Origin: Candidatus Saccharimonadia bacterium
GTDB lineage: Bacteria > Patescibacteriota > Saccharimonadia > UBA4664
Assembly: GCA_041743505.1 (NCBI GenBank)
Contig: JBGTMQ010000020.1
Coordinates: 17,099-81,098, forward strand
Direction of reading: 5' to 3'
DNA length: 64,000 nucleotides
Part shown: positions 1 through 9,608 of the stretch, piece after piece
Layout: each line of letters begins with the position of its first letter
Position numbering within the stretch: the stretch's first letter is position 1
Made by a program: the position numbers and the translations under genes
Notes under the pieces: generated by a model
Told to the model about the DNA's origin: nothing
Seen by the model: the letters and a program-made list of their open reading frames with translations, nothing else
Databases searched by the model: none

Positions 1-516
1 TTCGATGGGTTCGAGATGTCGGTCCGGGCAGTACTGGGCCAGCAGATCAGCGTCAAAGCCGCCACTGTCATTGCCGGCCGCCTCGCGGCCACATTCGGCC
101 CGCCAATCAGCACTCCCCATGCCGGGCTCACGACCATTTTCCCGCCTCCCGCAGTATTAGCCAATGCATCACTCCAAGACCTTATCGGCTGCGGCCTCTA
201 TAGCAAACGGGCCGAAACCATCCAATCCCTTGCCCGGGCCTGCGTCGATGGCCTTTATCTCACTCCGCAGGCCGACATTAGCAGCACCATAGCCACCCTT
301 AAGGCCCTCCCCGGTATCGGCGAATGGACGGCCCAATACATTGCCTTGCGTGCCCTCGCCTGGCCGGACGCCTTTCCGCATACCGACTACGCGGTCAAAA
401 AGGTCCTCGGCGAACAAAATCCCACCAAGGTCCTTGAACTAGCCAAACCCTGGCAACCCTGGCGCGCCTACGCCACCATGCATTTATGGCAATCGCTTAA
501 TCAATCAGCAGATTAA
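1..516 (+). CDS. alkA: DNA-3-methyladenine glycosylase II (AlkA-type HhH-GPD domain), 5'-truncated by window edge
   Basis: Frame is open from base 1. The HhH-GPD region (LPGIGEWTAQYIALRALAWPDAFPHTDYAV) is typical of the AlkA C-terminal domain. Its stop overlaps the ogt start (ATGA). Confidence 0.75.
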   Translation, partial: FDGFEMSVRAVLGQQISVKAATVIAGRLAATFGPPISTPHAGLTTIFPPPAVLANASLQDLIGCGLYSKRAETIQSLARACVDGLYLTPQADISSTIATLKALPGIGEWTAQYIALRALAWPDAFPHTDYAVKKVLGEQNPTKVLELAKPWQPWRAYATMHLWQSLNQSAD

Positions 517-1007
517 TGAAGGAGAACATTATGCTATATGACATCTTCGATTCACCATTTGGCCGGCTAACCATTAGTACCGTCGATGGCGCTCATCTCG
601 CCGAACTGCACATGGAAGGCGACCGCTACTTCACCGCCATACCATCAAGTTGGACGCGCGACTCCAGCCATCCGCTACTCCAGCGAGCCAACCAGGAATT
701 AGAGGAATATTTCGCCGGCCGCCGCACCAGTTTCGATGTCCCGATCCGGCCCACTGGCACACCATTCCAGGAGGCGGTTTGGCAAAGGCTCCCAACCATT
801 CCCGCTGGAACCACCACGTCCTACACCAAAATCGCCCAATCGATCGGTAAGCCTCTGGCAGTCCGCGCGGTCGGCTCGGCCATTGGCCGCAATCCCATCT
901 GTATCATCGTACCCTGCCACCGGGTTATCACGTCCAAGGGCACTTTGGGCGGCTATGCGGCCGGACTCAAGGCCAAGGAGCGCCTGTTAGCTATCGAAAG
1001 TCGCTAG
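516..1007 (+). CDS. ogt: methylated-DNA--protein-cysteine S-methyltransferase
   Basis: Has the MGMT active-site PCHRV motif (IIVPCHRVI) with a DNA-binding HTH region upstream of it. An alternative ATG lies at 531. It is translationally coupled to alkA. Confidence 0.85.
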   Translation: MKENIMLYDIFDSPFGRLTISTVDGAHLAELHMEGDRYFTAIPSSWTRDSSHPLLQRANQELEEYFAGRRTSFDVPIRPTGTPFQEAVWQRLPTIPAGTTTSYTKIAQSIGKPLAVRAVGSAIGRNPICIIVPCHRVITSKGTLGGYAAGLKAKERLLAIESR

Positions 1008-1220
1008 CAGCCATCGTTGCCGAGCTTTCCGCACACCTTGACATCGCAGGTATGAGAACGTACTCTCCCGAGGAAAGTACCACATCTAAAGACATAAATT
1101 AATGGCTTCCCATAAACATAATATGCACTAAGAAAATCATCGACTCTCCCTGGGAGAGTAGGCACTACATAGGTTCACGCACGAAGCCCTGGAAACTAAG
1201 ATCGGCTACAATACAAAAGA

Positions 1221-1742
1221 GTGAATATCTTAACCTCAGCTCTTGGTCATTATGAAGCTACCGGTAACCCGGACGAGGCCGACTGTGTTATTGGCCACTC
1301 TTTCGGGACTCGAACCGAAGAAGGTAGTGTCAACCGCTCGCTAGCCAAATTTATACTTCAAAACGCTCACGGACGCCCCATTGTGGCTGACCGGATGCTG
1401 GCTAACGCATTTCCAAATCCCCAAACACAAGTTAGCTACATAGTTGAAGGACCTATTTCAAACTCTTTGGGCAAAGGCCTTGGCACTTGGGGGACATTGG
1501 TAAAAGCTAGGACCTACACCGACCTTAAAGGACTGTCGCGGCCACTAATGGTAGGCCAGGCATATCATATAGGCAGGGTAGTTATGCAAGCTACGAAGCT
1601 TGGCATCATATCAATTGTGCCGCCTGGTCTCCCGCGTCAATTCGAACCTAAATCAGGTCAACGCTGGACGCGGTCGTTGCTTATGTGGGTACCCCGGGAA
1701 GTCGTTGGCTCAATAGTGCTTCGAGCTCAACAAAGGCTATAA
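1221..1742 (+). CDS. hypothetical protein (possibly DUF218/YdcF-like)
   Basis: 173-aa ORF with coding-like composition. A 7-1-7 palindrome CTCTCCC-T-GGGAGAG lies about 65 bp upstream. I recognise no firm family. Confidence 0.45.
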   Translation: MNILTSALGHYEATGNPDEADCVIGHSFGTRTEEGSVNRSLAKFILQNAHGRPIVADRMLANAFPNPQTQVSYIVEGPISNSLGKGLGTWGTLVKARTYTDLKGLSRPLMVGQAYHIGRVVMQATKLGIISIVPPGLPRQFEPKSGQRWTRSLLMWVPREVVGSIVLRAQQRL

Positions 1743-1755
1743 TAAGGAGACAATT

Positions 1756-2028
1756 ATGTGTCGCAACATCAAGACCCTGTTCAACTTTGACCCGCCGGCC
1801 ACCGACGAAGAAATCCACGACGCCTCGATCCAGTTCGTCCGCAAACTATCCGGCTTCACCAAGCCGTCTCACATCAACGAGACCGCCTTCAACCAAGCCA
1901 TCGACCAAACCGCCGCCGTCGCCCGCCAGCTCCTCGACTCTCTCGTCACCAACGCCGAGCCTCACAACCGCGAAGTCGAAGCCGCCAAAGCCCGGGCCCG
2001 CGCCGCCGAACGGTTCGGCACGCCATGA
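1756..2028 (+). CDS. DUF2277 family protein
   Basis: The N-terminus MCRNIKTLFNFDPPATDEEI is the characteristic conserved start of actinobacterial DUF2277 proteins. An RBS-like AAGGAG lies upstream. Confidence 0.75.
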   Translation: MCRNIKTLFNFDPPATDEEIHDASIQFVRKLSGFTKPSHINETAFNQAIDQTAAVARQLLDSLVTNAEPHNREVEAAKARARAAERFGTP

Positions 2029-2411
2029 ACCACGCACAGGTACTAGCCTGGGTCGATGAATACGTCAAGGTCTGGCGCAGCCCCGGAACGTCACAGCTTG
2101 CCAGCATCTTCGCCGAGAATATCAGCTACCGCGCATCCCCCTGGAAAGACCCCATCAATGGCCTGACCAACCTTGGTCAATTCTGGGAGCAGGGCAGGAC
2201 CGGCCCCGACGAACCCTTCGAGCTACAGCGCGAAATCATCGCCGTCGAAAACAATACAGCCATAGTCAGAATCCAAGTCAACTACGCCAACGATACGCCG
2301 CCACGTTGGCGCGACCTCTGGGTCATAACCTTCAACGACCAAGGCTTATGCGCTACCTTCGAAGAGTGGCCCTTCGCCGAAGGCCAATTTGACGGGCATA
2401 GCCCATCGTGA
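2025..2411 (+). CDS. SnoaL-like / NTF2-fold protein
   Basis: 128 aa. ATGA overlap with the upstream gene. Composition is typical of SnoaL polyketide-cyclase-like small proteins. Confidence 0.55.
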   Translation: MNHAQVLAWVDEYVKVWRSPGTSQLASIFAENISYRASPWKDPINGLTNLGQFWEQGRTGPDEPFELQREIIAVENNTAIVRIQVNYANDTPPRWRDLWVITFNDQGLCATFEEWPFAEGQFDGHSPS

Positions 2412-2424
2412 CCATAATCAGCTC

Positions 2425-3276
2425 ATGACCTGGCAACTACTTACCGCTATCAGTGTCGCAGGTCTCTCTATATCAATAGTCCTGCAGCGAATCCTCATTC
2501 ACAAAGACAAAGCCGATCCCGTCGCATACGCCGTATTTTTCCAGGCGCTCGTCGCAGCCGTCATCGCAGTATTCGTAATATTCAACGGCTTCAGCCTCAA
2601 AAATATCAACAACTTCTGGCTCCCTGCCCTGGCCGCCATCGTCCTCTTCGGCGCCGGCCATATCGTCTACGCCAAGACTTTGCAGAAAGTGGAGGCGTCA
2701 GCTTTCTCGGTCCTATTCGCCACCCACGCTGTTTGGGTGATGGTGCTCGGCATCATTCTCTTCCACGAAAACCTCACCCTCATCCAAATCATCGGGTCCT
2801 TGCTAATATTCGCCAGCATTGGCCTGGTGGTGAATGATTATCGCCACTTATCCCTGGGTAAAGGCACATTTCTCGGCCTCGTGACCGGCCTGTTATTCGG
2901 TTTAGCCATCTTTTATTGGTCCTATGTCGGCCGCAATGTCGACACGCTGTCATGGGCTGCGGTCAGCTTTGTCGGAGCCGCCGCCGTCTCACTCCTATTC
3001 AGCCCCAAGGCCATCAAGAGTATGAGGCCGATGCTCACTAAATCGATCTTGCCAATCATGCTGCTACTAAGCATCTTTTACGCCATTGGCAGTGTTGCCA
3101 TGCTGTATGCCTATAAGGTAGGCAGCTTCAGCCTCGTTTCACCGCTCCGGCAAACCGGCATTATACTCACGACGCTCCTGGCGTTTCTCATCCTCTCCCA
3201 AGAACGCACTAGCGTCGGCCGGAAGCTACTGGCGGCCGCTATATGCACCGTAGGTGTAGTATTAATAGTGATATAA
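2425..3276 (+). CDS. EamA/DMT family transporter
   Basis: About 10 predicted TM helices in two EamA-like halves. The track ORF starts at 2389 inside the previous gene, so ATG 2425 was chosen. Confidence 0.7.
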   Translation: MTWQLLTAISVAGLSISIVLQRILIHKDKADPVAYAVFFQALVAAVIAVFVIFNGFSLKNINNFWLPALAAIVLFGAGHIVYAKTLQKVEASAFSVLFATHAVWVMVLGIILFHENLTLIQIIGSLLIFASIGLVVNDYRHLSLGKGTFLGLVTGLLFGLAIFYWSYVGRNVDTLSWAAVSFVGAAAVSLLFSPKAIKSMRPMLTKSILPIMLLLSIFYAIGSVAMLYAYKVGSFSLVSPLRQTGIILTTLLAFLILSQERTSVGRKLLAAAICTVGVVLIVI

Positions 3277-3286
3277 GGAGCTAGCC

Positions 3287-3979
3287 ATGAAATTACTTCT
3301 CACTTCCGCTGGCATTACCAACGATAGTATCCGCAAAGCCCTCGAAGAGCTCTTGGGCAAGCCAGTCAATAAATCCAAAGCCATCTGCATACCTACTGCT
3401 ATCTACGCCATGCCAAACGGCGGAGTCTATGGCTGGCAAATGCTCAAAGAGCTCGACCTCGGCTGGGAAGAATATGGCACCCTCGAACTCACCGCCGTAC
3501 CAACCATCCAGGAAGAAGACTGGCTGCCCAGCGTAGAAGCGGCCGACATCATCATCGTTGGCGGCGGTAACACCGGCTATCTCAGCTACTGGATGGAAAA
3601 ATCCGGCTTCTTCGACAAGCTGCCCGGCCTCCTCAAGACCAAAGTTTACCTGGGCATCAGCGCCGGCAGCGGCATGGTCACCCACAGCCTGAATTTCAAC
3701 CCCGCAAAAAAACAAGCCGGCATCTATTGGGACGATGAATACGACGAATACGCCCCACTCCACGCTGCCAGCGACCAGACCCTGCCTCTCGTCGGTTTCG
3801 TCATCCGCCCCCATCTGGGCGCCGACTATTTCCCGGCCGCCACCATGGCCAACATGACGCTCTGGGCTACCAAAGTTGATGTACCCATGTACGCCTTCGA
3901 CGACCAGACTGCCCTCAAAATCATCGACGGCAAGGTCGAGGTAGTTTCGGAAGGGGAGTGGAAGTTGTTTGAGAAGTAG
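3287..3979 (+). CDS. peptidase S51 (dipeptidase E-like) family protein
   Basis: MKLLLTSAG...VGGGNT...ISAGSG motifs match the S51/class I glutamine amidotransferase-like fold. RBS GGAG upstream. Confidence 0.65.
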   Translation: MKLLLTSAGITNDSIRKALEELLGKPVNKSKAICIPTAIYAMPNGGVYGWQMLKELDLGWEEYGTLELTAVPTIQEEDWLPSVEAADIIIVGGGNTGYLSYWMEKSGFFDKLPGLLKTKVYLGISAGSGMVTHSLNFNPAKKQAGIYWDDEYDEYAPLHAASDQTLPLVGFVIRPHLGADYFPAATMANMTLWATKVDVPMYAFDDQTALKIIDGKVEVVSEGEWKLFEK

Positions 3980-3985
3980 TTTGCA

Positions 3986-4171
3986 ATGGATACACCGCGT
4001 GCCTCAATCGAACAATCCGAAAACCTACTGCCCTGCCACGACAAACTATCGTTCCCAAGCCGCGAGCAGGCCCAAGCCGCCGCCACACAGGATGCCTATC
4101 ACTTTGGTAGCCGGCTAAAAGTCTACCAATGCCGATATTGCGGGTCGTGGCACCTGAGCAGCCAAAAATAA
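3986..4171 (+). CDS. small Cys/His-rich (zinc-ribbon-like) hypothetical protein
   Basis: 61 aa with LPCH...CRYCGSWH. Tightly packed between neighbouring genes. Confidence 0.4.
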   Translation: MDTPRASIEQSENLLPCHDKLSFPSREQAQAAATQDAYHFGSRLKVYQCRYCGSWHLSSQK

Positions 4172-4220
4172 AGCTATAATCCAAGCATGCAGCAAGCTAC
4201 CCATATCTTGAGCAGCCTCC

Positions 4221-5066
4221 ATGGTTAAAGTCGGCAACGTTAAAATCACCGCCGTGGTTGAGGCCGGGCTAGGTGGCGTCATCCAAGAACTCATCCCAAA
4301 GGCCACGCCGGAGGCAATCAAAGAAATTGCCTGGCTGTATCCGCATCACGCCGATGAGAACGGGCAGCTTAAGGCCCAGGTCCAGACTTTCCTAGTCGAA
4401 GCCGGCGACCAAAAAATCGTCATTGATCCTGGTGTAGGCAACGGTCGCAGAAGACCCGAGTTCCCCACACTCACCAACTTGCAAACAAGTTTTATCGTGC
4501 GTCTATCGCAAACATTTAAGCCTGGTGACGTGGACTTCGTTATATGCACGCATCTGCATTGTGACCATGTCGGCTGGAATACAACATTGGTTGATGGAAA
4601 ATGGATGCCGACATTCCCTAATGCCGAGTATATCTTTTGCGAGGATGAGTTTAACTACTGGAACAGTCGGCCCACTAAGGAGCTACCCGATGACCGTGCT
4701 GGCTTTGACGAGTCGGTGTTGCCTGTATGCGATGCCGGACTATCGCGGCTGGTACCAAGTAACCATAAGCTACTCAAAGAAATATCCCTCATCCCGACAC
4801 CCGGTCACACCCCCGGACATGTCGGCGTTATTATAGAATCCGCCGGGCAGCGGGCCGTCATTGTCGGTGACGCCGTACACCACCCGTGCCAAATTGCCCA
4901 TCCGGATTGGTCAACTGTCGATACCAATAGTGAACGCGCTAACCTTACCCGTCGCCAGTTGCTCGAGCAGTTTGCAGATACCGGCACGCTGCTTATTGGC
5001 GCCCACTTCGCCCGCCCCGAGGCCAGCCGGCTCGAGCGTGACGGCCTGGGCTTTAAGCTGACATGA
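4221..5066 (+). CDS. MBL-fold metallo-hydrolase
   Basis: HxHxDH motif (THLHCDHVGW) and downstream His/Asp ligands. Confidence 0.75.
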   Translation: MVKVGNVKITAVVEAGLGGVIQELIPKATPEAIKEIAWLYPHHADENGQLKAQVQTFLVEAGDQKIVIDPGVGNGRRRPEFPTLTNLQTSFIVRLSQTFKPGDVDFVICTHLHCDHVGWNTTLVDGKWMPTFPNAEYIFCEDEFNYWNSRPTKELPDDRAGFDESVLPVCDAGLSRLVPSNHKLLKEISLIPTPGHTPGHVGVIIESAGQRAVIVGDAVHHPCQIAHPDWSTVDTNSERANLTRRQLLEQFADTGTLLIGAHFARPEASRLERDGLGFKLT

Positions 5067-5144
5067 TCGACAGCGCCCGATCTAACTTCTCAATCCCACA
5101 AAAATAAAATAGCCCGCTCCCAAATACAGGAACGGGCCTAGTGG

Positions 5145-5861
5145 TCAAAACATCGCGGGCTGCGCCGGGGTCCACTCGTCGTCAAGTTGGCGCAATGGCT
5201 CTTGACCCAGTGCTGCCAAAGCACACATCGCAGACATGAACCGCTCAGTCTCCTGGTGCATTTTGTCGGCCGCGCTATCAAGGTGACCCAGGCCGTCACG
5301 GCGCTGCTCATCTGTCGCGGCCTTCTCAGCCGCTCGGCGAAGCACCGGCAGCGACACCTCAAGCCAATCCGCTACGTGTCTGAGCATCGTATAGCATTGG
5401 TCCTTTTGCCGCCGCTTTGAAGCCGACTGGGCTAAACGGTCTATCACAACCTCGTCCGGCGCCGGCAAATAGTAGGCAAACCAACACACACTAAAGGGGA
5501 TAGCATACAGCCGGATATCTTCTCCGCCGCGCTCAACCCGCCCATCCTCGTTGACCGGCGTATCACGTGGGCAAATCGCCACCAACAAAAAACTACTAGG
5601 CCCCATTGCGGGGGTGTCGGGAAGCGGCGGGTTATAGAGCTCGGGAATCACCGGCTTAACGGTCATGTCCGCTCGAACCTGCTCAATCGTTTCCGCCAAG
5701 ACGGTCACACATTTAGCCTGTAAGTCAGCCGGGGCGATATGGTATGCACTATCACTGCCACTCACACTGGCGGATTCACCAGGCCGCCCCTCGAATTCGT
5801 CCATCTTCCAGGCCATACTGATCAGTATCTTGTCAAGCGCAAAAGAGCCGGTGATACTCAC
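5145..5861 (-). CDS. hypothetical protein
   Basis: 238 aa. GTG start at 5861 with AGGAG 6 nt upstream. A convergent terminator hairpin lies downstream. Confidence 0.5.
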   Translation of the reverse strand: MSITGSFALDKILISMAWKMDEFEGRPGESASVSGSDSAYHIAPADLQAKCVTVLAETIEQVRADMTVKPVIPELYNPPLPDTPAMGPSSFLLVAICPRDTPVNEDGRVERGGEDIRLYAIPFSVCWFAYYLPAPDEVVIDRLAQSASKRRQKDQCYTMLRHVADWLEVSLPVLRRAAEKAATDEQRRDGLGHLDSAADKMHQETERFMSAMCALAALGQEPLRQLDDEWTPAQPAMF

Positions 5862-6035
5862 GGTCTGCTCCTAACCTCGAAGAATTCTTTCAATCCCAAC
5901 CCTAGAATAGAATATTCTATTAAGAATAGCAAGAATATGAAATCATTCCGATAGTCACATCACCCATTGAAACCCGCATCCAACCGGCCTATAGTTCGGA
6001 CGTTACGGGCAAAAACTTAACGAAGGAGCAATGAT

Positions 6036-6431
6036 ATGAATCCGGTATCGCATTTCGAAATCTCAGTTGATGATGTGGCCGCGGCCAAGGAATTTTATGA
6101 GCAGGTGTTTGGTTGGGATATTAATACCATGGAATTACCTGGCGGTGAAACCTACACCTCAGTAACGACCACACCAGTCGACGAGAACATGATGCCCACA
6201 GCGCCTGGCGCAATCAATGGCGGCCTCGTCAAGCGCACCGACGACATAAAAAGCCCGGTTATCACCATCAAAGTCGACTCCATCGAAGACACCATCAAAA
6301 AAGTCGAAGCTGCCGGCGGCCAGGACGTTGGCGAGAAAGGTATCATTCTCGGGATGGGAGAGTACGCTTACTTAAAGGACACTCAGGGCAACGTCATCGG
6401 CTTGTGGCATGACCTCCCGCCACAGTCTTAA
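6036..6431 (+). CDS. VOC (glyoxalase/bleomycin-resistance) family protein
   Basis: 131 aa with a glyoxalase-like beta-alpha-beta-beta-beta signature (HFEISVDD...AKEFY). RBS GAAGGAG upstream. Confidence 0.7.
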   Translation: MNPVSHFEISVDDVAAAKEFYEQVFGWDINTMELPGGETYTSVTTTPVDENMMPTAPGAINGGLVKRTDDIKSPVITIKVDSIEDTIKKVEAAGGQDVGEKGIILGMGEYAYLKDTQGNVIGLWHDLPPQS

Positions 6432-6445
6432 CATCTAGTAGGCTA

Positions 6446-6474
6446 CTGACAATCCGGCCCGGATTCGCTACAAT
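6446..6474 (+). promoter_or_regulatory. sigma70-like promoter for the surface-lectin gene (CTGACA-17-TACAAT)
   Basis: -35 CTGACA at 6446-6451, a 17-bp spacer, then -10 TACAAT at 6469-6474, about 25 bp before the start codon. Confidence 0.4.
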
Positions 6475-6499
6475 TTGAGCATAAGCTTATTGAGGTGAT

Positions 6500-8464
6500 A
6501 TGAAAAAAATAGCACCGCTGATGTCGGGTTTTGTGCTCGTTTTATCAGCCATCGTGCTGCCGGTGTGGGGAAGCGGCATAGCCCACGCGACCGGCCTGGC
6601 CAGCGAATCATTTACCAGCGTGTCCACCACAGCCAATGCCTGGCTCAGTGGCGGTAGCGGCAGCGTGGCCTGCCTAACGGCCGCCAGCTCGGCCGCCGCC
6701 AACTCAATTCCCAACTGTGGCGCCGCCATCGACAGCCCTGGAGACGGAGCCCTGCGTCTGACGCCGGCCACCAACGCCCGGTCCGGATATGCCATTTACA
6801 ACACGCCCATTTCCGCTGGTGACGGCCTGGAAATCGGCTTCGACATGTACCAGTACCGTCCCGGCACCGGTCCTGCCGCCGACGGCATTTCCTTCTTCCT
6901 TATCGATGGCGCGTCCAGCCCCACCCAGCCCGGTGCATCCGGCGGCTCGCTTGGATACTCTTCGGGCGGTATTACGCCGGGCATCGTGGGCGGATATGTT
7001 GGCATTGGATTTGATTTCTTTGGTAATTTCTCATCCTCCGGCGCAGGCACTGGCGGTACCGGCGCCCTCGCCAACTCAATTGGCGTTCGCGGGTCTGAAG
7101 CCACCGGCTACCAATTTGTGGGCAACAATGCCGCTGACGGCCAACTAGCCGTCTCGCCCACCTCAAACCGCAACGATGCCAGTCGCCACGTTAAGGTCAC
7201 CATCAGTACCGGCAATATCATGACCGTCGCCGTCGATTACGGTAGCGGCTACGTCACTGAGTTATCCAACCTCGACCTCAATACCATCAACGGCGCCGGC
7301 TCACTGCCCGCGACCTTCAAGTTCGGCTTCGCCGCCTCCACTGGTGGCTTCAATAATATCCACGAAATCAGCGGCTTCAGCGTCGCCACGCTCCGGCCGA
7401 ATGTCAGCGTCAACGTCGCCTCCACCGGCACCTTCCAGCAGGGAGGCACCGGCCATTACACCTTGTCCGTTTCTAACGACGCCGGCGCCGAAGCCACCAC
7501 CGGCACCATTACCGTCACCGACACGCTGCCGGCCGGTCTCACGCCAACCAGCGCCAGCGGCACCGGCTGGTCATGCACCATCGTGGGGCAACTCGTCACC
7601 TGTACCCGGCCCGGCAGTGGCGGTGCCGCCCTGGGCGCAGGCCAAACGGCGCCCGTCATTAATCTCACCACGGCCATTAGCAGCACTGCCGCCGCCTCAC
7701 TCAATAACACCGCCACAGTCACCACCGCCGACAACAGCAACGCCACGCCCTCCGACACCGACACCGTTAGCGTAGCGGCTGGTAGCAGCCGCGACTCCGA
7801 CGGCATGTTCGACGCGGTCGAATTAGCCGCACCCAACGCCGGTGACGCCAACAACGACGGCACGGCCGACGCCGACCAGGACAACGTCACCGCGCTACCC
7901 GATCCCGTATCAGGCCACTACGCCGTGCTCGAGGCCAGCGGCTGCGGCGATAACACCAACGTCAGCGTGGCCGGCGAATCCGCCAACGCCGCCGCCGATG
8001 GCAGCTACAGTTACCCGGCTGGCCTCATGAATTTCACGCTCACCTGCGGCGCCCCCGGTAGTACTGCCACCGTCACACAGTACTACTACGGCAACTTCGA
8101 CCTGGCCAATCTCGTCATGCGCAAATACAACGCCGTAACCCACACCTATCAAAACGTCCCCGGCGCCGCCATCAGCCTCACCACCATCGGCGGGCTGCCC
8201 GCCATCAAAGCCGTCTACCAAATCACTGACGGCGGCCCGCTCGACCAAGACGGAGTGGCCAACGGTACCATCGTCGACCCGGCCGGCCCGGCTGTTCTGG
8301 CGGCAGCCACCAGCTCCGGCCCCGGCGTACCCAACACCGGCTTGGCAACTCAGTCACAGCTCCTGCCAACCCTGGCCGGATTGCTCGGACTCGGGCTCTT
8401 CATCTACGTTAGCAGGAGACCCCGCCGTGCCCAAGGCTCTCGCGCTCAGGACCTTCGTCCGTAG
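6500..8464 (+). CDS. cell-wall-anchored surface protein: signal peptide + legume-type (L-type) lectin-like domain + DUF11-like repeats + LPXTG-like sorting signal
   Basis: N-terminal signal peptide. The lectin-like block is ALRLTPATNARSGYAIY...ISFFLIDG. DUF11-style repeats follow (TITVTDTLPAGLTPTSASGTGWSC). The C-terminus has VPNTG, then a hydrophobic stretch, then an RRPRR tail. Confidence 0.65.
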   Translation: MKKIAPLMSGFVLVLSAIVLPVWGSGIAHATGLASESFTSVSTTANAWLSGGSGSVACLTAASSAAANSIPNCGAAIDSPGDGALRLTPATNARSGYAIYNTPISAGDGLEIGFDMYQYRPGTGPAADGISFFLIDGASSPTQPGASGGSLGYSSGGITPGIVGGYVGIGFDFFGNFSSSGAGTGGTGALANSIGVRGSEATGYQFVGNNAADGQLAVSPTSNRNDASRHVKVTISTGNIMTVAVDYGSGYVTELSNLDLNTINGAGSLPATFKFGFAASTGGFNNIHEISGFSVATLRPNVSVNVASTGTFQQGGTGHYTLSVSNDAGAEATTGTITVTDTLPAGLTPTSASGTGWSCTIVGQLVTCTRPGSGGAALGAGQTAPVINLTTAISSTAAASLNNTATVTTADNSNATPSDTDTVSVAAGSSRDSDGMFDAVELAAPNAGDANNDGTADADQDNVTALPDPVSGHYAVLEASGCGDNTNVSVAGESANAAADGSYSYPAGLMNFTLTCGAPGSTATVTQYYYGNFDLANLVMRKYNAVTHTYQNVPGAAISLTTIGGLPAIKAVYQITDGGPLDQDGVANGTIVDPAGPAVLAAATSSGPGVPNTGLATQSQLLPTLAGLLGLGLFIYVSRRPRRAQGSRAQDLRP

Positions 8465-9146
8465 CCTCCCCAGTCCTCAAGGTCGCCGGTTGCTCATTAT
8501 CATCGCGGGTCTCAGCCTGCTCGCTTTCAGTGCCAACAGCCTACTGACTCGCTACCAAGCCACCCACAATCCGAGTCCACAGCTACCCGAAACCACCGTC
8601 ACGCATTCCACGACCACCCCCGACGAAACCCCTGTCAAAGCCAAAGACTTCGATACCGGCCCTAAGGTCCCGGCCAACCAGCCTCGCCAGATCATCCTAC
8701 CCACCATCGGCGCCCAGGGTTACATCCAAAAAATCGGCCTTGACCAACACCAAGCCGTCGCCGTACCCACCAATATCCATGTGGCCGGTTGGTTCGTCGG
8801 TCAAACCCGCCCCGGGGAGCCCGGCCTCAGCCTCATCGGCGGTCATGTTCAGGGCCGCTACCAGCCCGGCATATTCAAAAACCTCACCAAAATCAAACCC
8901 GGTGACACCTTCCGCATTGAACTCGGCGACCACTCCATCCGCCAATTCCAGGTCACCCGCGTTTCCAAACTCAACCTCACTGACACCGCCCAACAAATGC
9001 TCCTCCAAGACAAAACCATTACTCACCAACTCAACCTCATTACCTGCGGCGGCAACTACGACGCCAAAACAAAACAATACGACCAACGGGTGCTGGTAGT
9101 AAGCAGGCTAACTGAATCGAAAAATCCTATAATGTCTGATCACTAA
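8427..9146 (+). CDS. class F-like sortase
   Basis: N-terminal membrane anchor, a sortase His region (LIGGHVQG), and the TLxTC catalytic motif (LNLITCGG). Overlaps the substrate gene's 3' end. Confidence 0.75.
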   Translation: MPKALALRTFVRSLPSPQGRRLLIIIAGLSLLAFSANSLLTRYQATHNPSPQLPETTVTHSTTTPDETPVKAKDFDTGPKVPANQPRQIILPTIGAQGYIQKIGLDQHQAVAVPTNIHVAGWFVGQTRPGEPGLSLIGGHVQGRYQPGIFKNLTKIKPGDTFRIELGDHSIRQFQVTRVSKLNLTDTAQQMLLQDKTITHQLNLITCGGNYDAKTKQYDQRVLVVSRLTESKNPIMSDH

Positions 9147-9222
9147 CTATGTAGTGGAACTTAGCATGTAGTTTGACTACATAGTTGTAGGAGAGATAGA
9201 AACTTAAGTCCAGGCCAAAACT

Positions 9223-9249
9223 AGGCGCTCCGTCGAACTGACGGAGCGC
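9223..9249 (+). terminator. stem-loop terminator after sortase operon
   Basis: Perfect 11-bp stem GGCGCTCCGTC-gaactg-GACGGAGCGCC. Confidence 0.4.
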
Positions 9250-9608
9250 CGGGTGCCGCAAGCTAGTAGGGCATCGCGACGGTGACACAGCGATCGGTGG
9301 GCAGGTTGAAACACAGTCGGGCCACGTCGCTTGTAAACTTCGTGATATCAGCCACATACTCGACCTTTGAAATCACCCACTCGTTGGACCGCTCCAAATA
9401 GGTGGGCGCTTCCAGTGTAACAGTGGCAACAAGCCTGCCTCCGAAGGACAGAAAGTCACCTCCTCAGTATGGCGCTGACCGAAGGAGTGAATACCACGAG
9501 TCTGCAAAATTGTCAATTAACCAACATTATTTCTGTATCCCAACCCATTGAAAATCGCCATAGAATGGGCCAAAGTTGGTAACGCAATGTTATAAAAGGA
9601 GAACAATT

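Noticed and set aside
1685-2059. ORF 1685..2059 overlapping the DUF2277 gene
   Set aside because: The Pro/Ser/Thr-rich translation is an off-frame artefact. The DUF2277 frame has the family's conserved N-terminus.
6789-8248. Multiple ORFs (6789..7148, 6796..7104, 7344..7775, 7456..7890, 7910..8248 and others) overlapping the surface-lectin gene
   Set aside because: Their proline/Ala/Arg-rich low-complexity translations are artefacts of the GC-rich Thr/Ala/Gly-rich coding frame. The 654-aa frame has a signal peptide, domains and a sorting signal.
9127-9357. Minus-strand ORF 9127..9357
   Set aside because: It spans two terminator hairpins and the sortase 3' UTR. It has no RBS, so it is likely non-coding.
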